DNA of 49,065 nucleotides from a virus. Positions 8,520 to 15,934 of this stretch are shown piece after piece. A program made the position numbers and the translations under genes. The notes beneath the pieces were generated by a model. That model made no database searches and was not told where the DNA came from. It was given only the letters and a program-made list of their open reading frames with translations. The DNA is taken from the IMG/VR virus record IMGVR_UViG_3300023181_000012; one strand, written 5' to 3'. Each line of letters starts with the position of its first letter. The stretch's first letter is position 1.

Positions 8520-9497
8520 ATGGGTAACGTTGTCCTGGCATTACAAACATTAGCAAAGATTGACGAAATGGTGTACGCGGATCAGGGTGCGGCATTCCGT
8601 CAGCATTTGAAGCCACTCATGATGGAAGCGTCCGACGCCTATGAAGGCCAGAAAGACCCATTTCGTAGTCATTTAGGCGGCTCGATGATCGGTCGCGAGT
8701 GCCCGCGTCAGCTGTGGTACAATTTTCGTTGGGCCAAAGCCCCGATGTTCCCCGGTCAGATCATACGTCTGTTCAATCGCGGCCACTTAGAAGAACCCCG
8801 CCTTGTTGCTTTGATGTTGATGATCGGCTGCGAAGTCTGGTGCCAAGACGAAAATGGGTCGCAATTCAAAGTGTCTTATTATGGTGGGCACTTTGGTTCG
8901 GCAATCGACGCAGTCATAAATGGTTGTATTGAAGTTCCTGACCAGCCGATACTGGGTGAGTTCAAAACTCACAGTGATAAGTATTTCAAGGAAATGGCCG
9001 GTTCGAACTGGAAGAAGTACCTCGCCTATACTCAAGACCCGTCACTCCCAGCCGAGAGGTTTGAAGGGGGTGGTGTGAAAGTCGCCAAGTTCGAACACTA
9101 TGTTCAGATGGTTCTGTACATGGGCTACTATAGTTTAAAAAAGGCGATTTATTTGGCAGTCAACAAGGATAACGACCTTTTGTACGCCGAAATTGTTGAC
9201 TTCGATCAAGCCATATACGATATGTACGTAGGTCGTGCGGGTAAGATCGTTTTCATGAACACAGGTATCCCTGCTCGTATTAGCGAGAACTCCGGTTTCT
9301 TCAAGTGCAAGTTCTGTGACTTTAAAGATATCTGTCATCGAGGCGAACCACCCGCCCGTAATTGCCGGACCTGCGCCGCGTCCTGTACAGTCGACACCGG
9401 CGAATGGCAGTGTATCACGTTCGAAAAGTATATCGACAAAAAGACCCAAATGGCAGGGTGCCCCGAGTACGACCGCAAGATGGAGTTTAAAGACTAA
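8520..9497 (+). CDS. PD-(D/E)xK exonuclease, Cas4/RecB-like with C-terminal Cys cluster
   Basis: Start at MGNVV with a GGAG RBS. GSAIDAV...GEFKT forms a D...ExK core. A QMVLY motif is present. C-terminal cysteines (CKFCDFKDIC ... CRTCAASC) are typical of Fe-S Cas4-like nucleases. Confidence 0.7.
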   Translation: MGNVVLALQTLAKIDEMVYADQGAAFRQHLKPLMMEASDAYEGQKDPFRSHLGGSMIGRECPRQLWYNFRWAKAPMFPGQIIRLFNRGHLEEPRLVALMLMIGCEVWCQDENGSQFKVSYYGGHFGSAIDAVINGCIEVPDQPILGEFKTHSDKYFKEMAGSNWKKYLAYTQDPSLPAERFEGGGVKVAKFEHYVQMVLYMGYYSLKKAIYLAVNKDNDLLYAEIVDFDQAIYDMYVGRAGKIVFMNTGIPARISENSGFFKCKFCDFKDICHRGEPPARNCRTCAASCTVDTGEWQCITFEKYIDKKTQMAGCPEYDRKMEFKD

Positions 9498-11206
9498 TGA
9501 AGCTTATTCCACGAGAATATCAGGACTTCGCCGCCCGAGCTCTGATAGAGTACTTCCAAGAAGGAGGTACAGGTAATCCGCTCGTGGCGGCTCCTACCGG
9601 GGTGGGTAAGTCGGTCATGATAGCCCGCTTTTTAAACCTCGTATTCGAAATGTGGGGGTATCAACCTTTGAAGGCGATGATGCTGACTCACTCTAAAATT
9701 CTTATCGAGCAGAATCTAGAAAAGCTCCTTCAATTGTGGCCAACTGCTCCGGTCGGTATCTGCTCAGCTGGCCTAAAACGCCAGGACACCAAGAACCCTA
9801 TTATATTCGGGGGTATCGGTTCTGTTGCCAATATTCCTCTATACTTCGGTCATGTTGACTTCATTTTGGTTGACGAAGCCCACATGATATCACTGAAGGA
9901 AAGCGGTCAGTACCGTCAATTCATAAACGATATCAAAACTGTCAATCCGAATTGTGTTGTCGTCGGTTTCACCGCGACTAAATTCCGAATGGGGCAAGGT
10001 CTCTTGACCGAGGGGGATGGCGCGTTATTCACCGACATCGTTTGCGATATGACCACAATGGACGCCTTCAATTGGTTCATCGACGAGGGCTATCTCTGCC
10101 GACTCCGCCCGGTTGTCACCGAAAACGAATACGATACCACCGGAGTCCGAACTCAGGCCGGCGAGTATCATCAAGGGGATTTGGCAGCTGCCGTCGATAA
10201 GAAAAACTTGACAGAAGCGGTTATTGCTGAGTCCATCCGAATCGGCCGGGATAAAAAGTCATGGTGCGTATTCGCGTCAGGAGTCAAGCATACCATCCAC
10301 ATGGCTGACGAACTAAATCGCCAAGGGATAAAGACGACCTATGTTCATTCGAACACAAAAGAATTCAAAATGTCCGATGCTGAGGTAGAGGAACGCATCG
10401 CCGCATATCAGGCCGGCGAATATCGGGCAATCGTCAGTAATGGGATTCTGACTACCGGGTTTGACCATCCGGCGTTGGACTTTATCGTAATGACCCGCAA
10501 GACCAAATCAGTAGTATTGTGGATTCAAATGCTCGGACGAGGTACCCGCCCGTTCTATGAGTTCGGTTACGATCTATCAACTAAAGAAGGACGACTCGAT
10601 GCGATTGCTAATTCTGATAAACCTTATTGCCTTGTTGCCGATTTTGCTGGTAATTGCCGAGAACTCGGCCCAATCAACGATCCGCAAATACCTAAGCCTA
10701 AAGGAAAGAAGGAGCCCGGCGATGCGCCTGTACGTATTTGCGGTGAATGTGGCACTTATAACCACGCTTCTGCTACTTGTTGTGAACATTGCGGTGTTGA
10801 GTTCCCCCGGCTTTTGCAACTGAATGTTAAGGCTGCGAAAGAGGAACTTATAAAAGAATCCAAACCAGCCGAGCCGATAGAGGTAAAAATATTCCCGGTC
10901 AAGCGGGTTGAATATGCCCCTCACAATAAGCCGGGGCGCCCTCCGAGCATCCGTGTGACCTATATAACCGGCCAGACCCGCCGAACCCTTGAGTGGATTT
11001 GCCTTGAGCATGGCGGGAATATAAGCAGTCGCGCTAAGAATTGGTGGCGTCAGCGCTGTGATATTCCACCGCCAGACTCGACTGATGAAGCCCTGATGAT
11101 AATTCACGAACTCCGTGAGCCGACTCACATCCATGTTCGGGTAGATGGCGGACGATCGGATATCATCAACTATGATTTTGCGAAACCGCTTGTCGAAACC
11201 GAGTAA
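9497..11206 (+). CDS. superfamily 2 DEAD/DEAH-box DNA helicase with zinc ribbon
   Basis: Motif I is APTGVGKS and motif II is VDEAH. Further motifs are TATKFR and QMLGRGTR. A CGECG...CCEHCG zinc ribbon is present. Confidence 0.85.
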   Translation: MKLIPREYQDFAARALIEYFQEGGTGNPLVAAPTGVGKSVMIARFLNLVFEMWGYQPLKAMMLTHSKILIEQNLEKLLQLWPTAPVGICSAGLKRQDTKNPIIFGGIGSVANIPLYFGHVDFILVDEAHMISLKESGQYRQFINDIKTVNPNCVVVGFTATKFRMGQGLLTEGDGALFTDIVCDMTTMDAFNWFIDEGYLCRLRPVVTENEYDTTGVRTQAGEYHQGDLAAAVDKKNLTEAVIAESIRIGRDKKSWCVFASGVKHTIHMADELNRQGIKTTYVHSNTKEFKMSDAEVEERIAAYQAGEYRAIVSNGILTTGFDHPALDFIVMTRKTKSVVLWIQMLGRGTRPFYEFGYDLSTKEGRLDAIANSDKPYCLVADFAGNCRELGPINDPQIPKPKGKKEPGDAPVRICGECGTYNHASATCCEHCGVEFPRLLQLNVKAAKEELIKESKPAEPIEVKIFPVKRVEYAPHNKPGRPPSIRVTYITGQTRRTLEWICLEHGGNISSRAKNWWRQRCDIPPPDSTDEALMIIHELREPTHIHVRVDGGRSDIINYDFAKPLVETE

Positions 11207-11218
11207 ACGGGATATAAT
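11190..11218 (+). promoter_or_regulatory. predicted promoter
   Basis: TTGTCG, then 17 nt, then TATAAT (11213-11218). Confidence 0.45.
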
Positions 11219-11242
11219 TTAAACATTGAGTGAGGCAATCAA

Positions 11243-11455
11243 ATGACTTCGATAGATTGGAAACAAACGAAGGCGATGAATCGGCAGGTGATTGAAATAC
11301 AAAAACTTGCCATCGAGTTTGATCGGATTCAGACCTGCACGAATTGTCAGCATTGGAATAAACAAAGCCAGCGCTGCGACGAATTTAAAATGCTTCCACC
11401 GGCTGAGGTTATCGTGACCGGATGTGAAGAGTGGATTTACATTATACCTTTTTAA
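11243..11455 (+). CDS. hypothetical Cys-rich protein (70 aa)
   Basis: ORF with an RBS. It carries CTNCQHW...RCDEF...GCEEW. Confidence 0.6.
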   Translation: MTSIDWKQTKAMNRQVIEIQKLAIEFDRIQTCTNCQHWNKQSQRCDEFKMLPPAEVIVTGCEEWIYIIPF

Positions 11456-11464
11456 GAGGACATC

Positions 11465-12130
11465 ATGGGTAAGTACGACTTTCAAGGCAAATGGGCCATC
11501 ATCGACCGGGAGGCTATGAAGTTTGTGGCCATCGCTAACGGGCATGAATTGGCCACATTGATCGCGGATATCGCATCGGTGGAAACCACCATCGTATCTT
11601 TCCCGCTCGATGTTCAGCGTCATTTTTCCCACTTCTCGGCGTTGGAAATGAAAATGCTTCACAAGAACACCACCGGGATTCCGACGGTCCCCGGCTCGGT
11701 ACTGAGCTACGGAAGCACGATCAAGGATTGCTATGATCTGGCAGTCAACCAAATTCCGGTCGACACCCGTACCGTGTTCGAACTCAACGCCGAGATTGCG
11801 AAACTGCCACCGCCTGAAGAATCGGACCATAAGACCAAAACGCCGCCATTCTTGACCAAGTTGTCCGACGCGCAGAATTATCCTGCGACGAGTACTGTCA
11901 AGTCGGCCATCCCTAAAGTACCTCGCGCCGCAGCATCGCCGGGTGCGGCCCCATCCAAAGGGGCAACAGGTAAAGTCTGGACGATCGCCGACCGGGTCCG
12001 CGCCGAATCGGGTAACAGTCCGGTAGATAAAACCCTCCGTGCGAAGATCATCGCCGCGTGTGAGGCCGAAGGTATCAACGCAGGAACCGCAGCAACGCAA
12101 TACGGGAAATGGAAAGCAACCCAATCCTGA
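11465..12130 (+). CDS. hypothetical protein with shared C-terminal VW-IAD...TQY-W module (paralog 1)
   Basis: AGAGGA RBS. The C-terminus KVWTIADRV...RAKIIAACEAEGINAGTAATQYGKWK aligns with the C-terminal regions of 12245..12751 and 47962..48840. Confidence 0.7.
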   Translation: MGKYDFQGKWAIIDREAMKFVAIANGHELATLIADIASVETTIVSFPLDVQRHFSHFSALEMKMLHKNTTGIPTVPGSVLSYGSTIKDCYDLAVNQIPVDTRTVFELNAEIAKLPPPEESDHKTKTPPFLTKLSDAQNYPATSTVKSAIPKVPRAAASPGAAPSKGATGKVWTIADRVRAESGNSPVDKTLRAKIIAACEAEGINAGTAATQYGKWKATQS

Positions 12131-12244
12131 AAATAGCAACAATAAAGGTCTAGTCAATGACCAGACCTTATGACATAATGAAGTTCTGGAAGCAAAAACG
12201 ATTCACCCGGATTTATCTAAACTCAACCACGAAAAGGAAACAAA

Positions 12245-12751
12245 ATGAAAACCTCCCGCGTACTGTTTGCAACCGCCATGATGGCCTGCCTGATGTCCCC
12301 GACCGATGGCGAAGCCTCGACCAATGCCGGCGCCGCTCCGACCGCGATCCCGCCAGCACCGGTGAAAGCCCCGACCAAAGCCGAGCAGAAAGCCGCCGAC
12401 AAGAAAGTCAAGGACGACGCCAAGGCCAAGGACAAAGCCGAGAAAGAAGCCAAGGCCAAGGAAGCCGCCGCAGCCAAGACCGAAAAAGTCGAGCAGAACG
12501 GCGTCACCCGCCCGGCCTCCGGCAAGACCAAACTGGTGTGGGATATCGCCGACGCCATGTCGAAAGAACTGAAAGCGCCGGTCACCCGCAAAGCCGTCAC
12601 CGACGCCCTGATCGCGGCGCCGCACCTGCTGGTCATCGGTACCATTCATACCCAGTACGGTAAATGGCGCAAGTTCCACGGTCTGGTGAAAGAAGTCGCT
12701 GCTCCTGCTGAAGCGCCAGCGCCGGCCGGCGAAGCCCCAGCCGCCGAGTAA
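12245..12751 (+). CDS. hypothetical protein with hydrophobic N-terminus, Lys/Ala-rich tract and shared VW-IAD...TQY-W module (paralog 2)
   Basis: AAGGAA RBS. This frame was chosen over three other open frames in the same interval because it carries the conserved module (KLVWDIADAM...TQYGKWRK). Confidence 0.65.
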   Translation: MKTSRVLFATAMMACLMSPTDGEASTNAGAAPTAIPPAPVKAPTKAEQKAADKKVKDDAKAKDKAEKEAKAKEAAAAKTEKVEQNGVTRPASGKTKLVWDIADAMSKELKAPVTRKAVTDALIAAPHLLVIGTIHTQYGKWRKFHGLVKEVAAPAEAPAPAGEAPAAE

Positions 12752-12768
12752 TACCAAGTCGTCGGAAT

Positions 12769-12809
12769 AGCGGGGCCGTCCCCTCACAATACGGCCCCGC
12801 TTTCTTTTT
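12769..12809 (+). terminator. strong rho-independent terminator
   Basis: AGCGGGGCCGT-(11 nt)-ACGGCCCCGCT forms a perfect 11-bp stem, followed by TTCTTTTT. Confidence 0.85.
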
Positions 12810-12858
12810 GTAGTAAGTCCGGGTACCGCGAAAGCGATCCCTTAACTCGGAAACCAAA

Positions 12859-13569
12859 ATGCTGAACAAGCAAATCCCCATCAAACAGGACTTGGGCCAC
12901 CCCAACTCCTTGGCAGTAAACTCGATCTTCTATACCATTCAGGGTGAGGGTCCGTTCGCCGGAACCCCGGCAGTCTTCGTTCGTCTGGCCGGCTGCAACC
13001 TGCAATGCCCCGATTGCGATACCGAATATGGATTGTGGAAGGTAATGTCGGTTAGCGACATTCTGGAGGCGATCGCCGAAGTAACGCCAGAAACCAATCG
13101 GGTTCGCTGCCCGTTGATCGTCATCACTGGCGGCGAGCCATTCCGCCAGAACATCCGCAAGCTGACTATCGCCCTGCTGGAAAATCTCTACCAGGTTCAG
13201 GTCGAAACCAACGGTACGCTTTTCGCCGATCTGGATTACGCGTTCGCGCATCATAGTTTCACGATCGTTTGCTCGCCGAAGGGTTCCAAGGTCAACGCAT
13301 TACTGTGGCCACATATCAAGGCGTTGAAATATGTCTTGAACGCGGATTCGCAGAATGCCGACGACGGCCTGCCAATTCTGGCGCTCGGTCACGGTACAAA
13401 ACAGGTCGCTCGTTGGCCTGAGCATTGGAAGGGTGAAGTCTACATCCAACCGGTCGACGTTCAAGACGAGAACGCAAACAAACGTCACCTGAAAGCCGCA
13501 GTCGATGCGTCGCTGAAGTTCGGTTATCGTCTGTGCCTGCAAGTTCACAAAATCATCGGGGTGGCATGA
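12859..13569 (+). CDS. queE: 7-carboxy-7-deazaguanine synthase (radical SAM)
   Basis: IFYTIQGEGPFAGTPAVFVRLAGCNLQCPDCDT contains the CX3CX2C radical-SAM motif in the QueE context, and ITGGEP follows. Confidence 0.85.
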   Translation: MLNKQIPIKQDLGHPNSLAVNSIFYTIQGEGPFAGTPAVFVRLAGCNLQCPDCDTEYGLWKVMSVSDILEAIAEVTPETNRVRCPLIVITGGEPFRQNIRKLTIALLENLYQVQVETNGTLFADLDYAFAHHSFTIVCSPKGSKVNALLWPHIKALKYVLNADSQNADDGLPILALGHGTKQVARWPEHWKGEVYIQPVDVQDENANKRHLKAAVDASLKFGYRLCLQVHKIIGVA

Positions 13570-13751
13570 TGGCAAAAGCTCTTATCATTCCGGCGCCTAC
13601 TCGCCGGCTTATCATCGATCTGGAACCTTTCGAAGCTGAAACGCTGAAGGCCGTTATGCAAAATCCTCTGTACGACGGCGCCGAGTCGGCGGAAATGCGT
13701 GCAATTCGTGAAGTTATTTGGAACGCCTTACACAAAGATGGGGTGGCGTAA
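13566..13751 (+). CDS. hypothetical protein (61 aa) inside the deazaguanine operon
   Basis: The start overlaps the queE stop (ATGATG). The stop overlaps the next start. Confidence 0.5.
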   Translation: MMAKALIIPAPTRRLIIDLEPFEAETLKAVMQNPLYDGAESAEMRAIREVIWNALHKDGVA

Positions 13752-13999
13752 TGAACCAAACCCGCGTGGGCAGTTTGATCGAAGCCGTCATCAATACGGT
13801 GATCGGCTTCGTCATTAACTTCACCGCCAACATGTTCATCTTCCCCCTGTTTGGTTTCAATATCAACTTGGGGCAAAACTTGGTCATGGGCCTGATCTAT
13901 ACGGCGATCAGTGTCGCCCGGTCCTATACCATTCGTCGCTGGTTCAATGCGTACCTGCATCGTCTGGCCTTAAAAATCGAAAAGGAACTCACCAAATGA
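13751..13999 (+). CDS. small membrane protein (82 aa, two predicted TM segments) inside the deazaguanine operon
   Basis: TAATG overlap with the upstream gene. The segments IEAVINTVIGFVINFTANMFIF and LVMGLIYTAISV are hydrophobic, followed by RSYTIRRWF. Confidence 0.6.
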   Translation: MNQTRVGSLIEAVINTVIGFVINFTANMFIFPLFGFNINLGQNLVMGLIYTAISVARSYTIRRWFNAYLHRLALKIEKELTK

Positions 14000-14775
14000 A
14001 AACCAAAGCACTCGTCGTCCTGAGCGGCGGCCAAGATTCAACCACCTGCCTGTTTTGGGCTAAGAAGTATTTCGACGAGGTCCATGCGATCACGTTCGAT
14101 TATGGCCAGCGTCACGCCATCGAAATCGAAGCCGCGAAGGAAGTGGCCTTGATGGCTTCGACGGCCTCCCACGAGATCGTTCTGGTACCTGATATCCTCC
14201 GGTCGACCTCCCCGCTGACCTCCGGCGCCGAACTGGAACAGTACGAAAATCACGACCAAATGGAAGCCGTCATCGGCGACCGGGTCGAGAAGACTTTCGT
14301 TCCGATGCGTAATACCCTGTTCTTGACGATCGCTATGAACCGCGCTGTCGACCTGGGTTGCTCGACCATCGTGACCGGCATCTGTCAGGCCGACAACGCG
14401 AACTACCCGGACTGCACCGACGAGTTCCGTCGTCAGTTTCAAAATATGGCAAACGAATCACTGGGACTGCGCGAGCATGAGTCGCAATATTTCAAAATCG
14501 GCGCCCCGCTCATGAACATGAGCAAAGCCGAGTCGGTCGCACTGGCCATGACCCTACCCGGCTGCATGGAAGCACTGGCCTACAGCCACACCAGCTACGA
14601 CGGTAAGTATCCGCCGACCGACATGAACCACGCAAACGTCTTGCGCGCCAAGGGCTTCGAAGACGCCGGCGTTCCTGATCCGCTGGTTGTTCGGGCGTGG
14701 AAAGAAAATCTGATGAACCTGCCGGATACCCGCAATTATCTGATGCTGGTAGCTGACATGCCGGAGGATGAATAA
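13996..14775 (+). CDS. queC: QueC-family PP-loop ATPase (7-cyano-7-deazaguanine synthase homolog), atypical C-terminus
   Basis: The PP-loop VLSGGQDSTTC is present, along with FDYGQRH, FVPMRN and NYPDC. The canonical C-terminal CX8CX2CX2C zinc motif is replaced by S..D..H..V (TSYDGKYPPTDMNHANVLR). Confidence 0.8.
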   Translation: MKTKALVVLSGGQDSTTCLFWAKKYFDEVHAITFDYGQRHAIEIEAAKEVALMASTASHEIVLVPDILRSTSPLTSGAELEQYENHDQMEAVIGDRVEKTFVPMRNTLFLTIAMNRAVDLGCSTIVTGICQADNANYPDCTDEFRRQFQNMANESLGLREHESQYFKIGAPLMNMSKAESVALAMTLPGCMEALAYSHTSYDGKYPPTDMNHANVLRAKGFEDAGVPDPLVVRAWKENLMNLPDTRNYLMLVADMPEDE

Positions 14776-15344
14776 TGTATAAGTCCACCAAAAAATACGG
14801 CCATGATGTCGGTCTGTCCGCGGTATTCCGCCAACATCGGGCGACTCATTCCCATTGCTCCAAGCTCCACGGCTACGCGCTGGCGGTCAAGCTGGTTTTC
14901 GGCTGCGCGGAACTTGACGACAAGAACTGGGTGATGGACTTCGGCGGCCTGAAGTACATCAAAAAGTTCCTGACCAATACGTTCGACCATAAAATGATCG
15001 TCGCCGAAGATGATCCGATGCTGCCGGCTTTCCGCATGTTTCACGATCAAGGTATCGCCGATCTTGTGACCATGCCCAATGTCGGCTGCGAAGCGTTCGC
15101 GAAGTATATTTTCGACTTCGTGGAAGCCTTCATTCGCCATAGCGTCCAGACTGAACGCGTCTGGATCGAATCGGTCGAAGTCATGGAACATGGCGCCAAC
15201 TCGGCTATCTATGTTCTTGAACCCAAGGCTCTGACCGAGTTCAAGAACATCGTGAGCGACTTTTCGGTGAAGCTAAACGAAATCAAAGCCGTCGGCGATG
15301 AGTTCTCGGCAAACATCAAATCTTTCATGGAAGTGGTTAAATAA
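14775..15344 (+). CDS. queD: 6-carboxy-5,6,7,8-tetrahydropterin synthase (PTPS/QueD family) with C-terminal extension
   Basis: FRQHRATHSHCSKLHGYAL...NWVMDFGGLK...FDHK matches the viral PTPS/QueD pattern. Confidence 0.75.
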   Translation: MYKSTKKYGHDVGLSAVFRQHRATHSHCSKLHGYALAVKLVFGCAELDDKNWVMDFGGLKYIKKFLTNTFDHKMIVAEDDPMLPAFRMFHDQGIADLVTMPNVGCEAFAKYIFDFVEAFIRHSVQTERVWIESVEVMEHGANSAIYVLEPKALTEFKNIVSDFSVKLNEIKAVGDEFSANIKSFMEVVK

Positions 15345-15925
15345 TGTCGCAACTGATTAATACTGACCAAGACGTAATTAAAGCCCTGTTGTACCGCGTG
15401 ATCGGCGAGCAGGAACGCGGGGGTCTGATCGAGACCCCCGACCGGGTTATCAAAGCCTGGCGCGAATGGACTGCCGGCTACGAACAGAACGGCGCCGAAT
15501 CGGACGCTAGCATTCTGAAAGTCTTCGACGACGGCGCCGAGCAGTGCGACGAAATGGTCATCGTCAAAGACATTCCGATCTACTCCAAGTGTGAACACCA
15601 CTTGGCCGATATCTTCGGAACCGCGACGATCGCCTATATCCCGAATGGCCACATCGTAGGCCTGTCCAAGTTGAGCCGGCTCGCCGATAAATACGCTCGT
15701 CGTCTGCAAGTGCAAGAGCGTCTTACCAACCAGATCGCCAATGCCCTTTTCGAAGGTATCGGTGCAAAGGGCGTGGGCGTCATCATCAAGGCGCGCCACA
15801 TGTGCATGGAATCGCGCGGTACTCGTCAACAGGGTCATCACACGATCACGTCGGCGCTGCGCGGGGTAATGAAGGATGAACCGGCCACCCGGGCCGAGTT
15901 CTTAATGTTTGCTAACTCGAAATAA
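15344..15925 (+). CDS. folE: GTP cyclohydrolase I
   Basis: ETPDRV, the catalytic CEHHL motif, GLSKLSR and QVQERLT are present. Confidence 0.85.
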   Translation: MSQLINTDQDVIKALLYRVIGEQERGGLIETPDRVIKAWREWTAGYEQNGAESDASILKVFDDGAEQCDEMVIVKDIPIYSKCEHHLADIFGTATIAYIPNGHIVGLSKLSRLADKYARRLQVQERLTNQIANALFEGIGAKGVGVIIKARHMCMESRGTRQQGHHTITSALRGVMKDEPATRAEFLMFANSK

Positions 15926-15934
15926 GGAACTGAA

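Noticed and set aside
12157-12787. Alternative long ORFs (12157..12663 +, 12203..12787 -, 12223..12645 -) overlapping the 12245..12751 gene
   Set aside because: Only the 12245 frame has a good RBS and carries the module conserved in two other proteins of this genome. The others are Arg/Gly/Ser-rich repeats generated by the repetitive Lys/Ala codons.
12810-12858. Possible preQ1-type riboswitch in the queE leader (ccggguaccgcgaaagcgaucccuuaacucggaaaccaaaaug)
   Set aside because: GGG...CCC followed by UUAAC and an A-rich tail is superficially reminiscent of class I preQ1 aptamers. However, the loop contains its own CGC-GAAA-GCG hairpin and the conserved loop/tail nucleotides I recall are not matched. 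Only a covariance-model scan (Rfam preQ1-I/II/III) could revive this.
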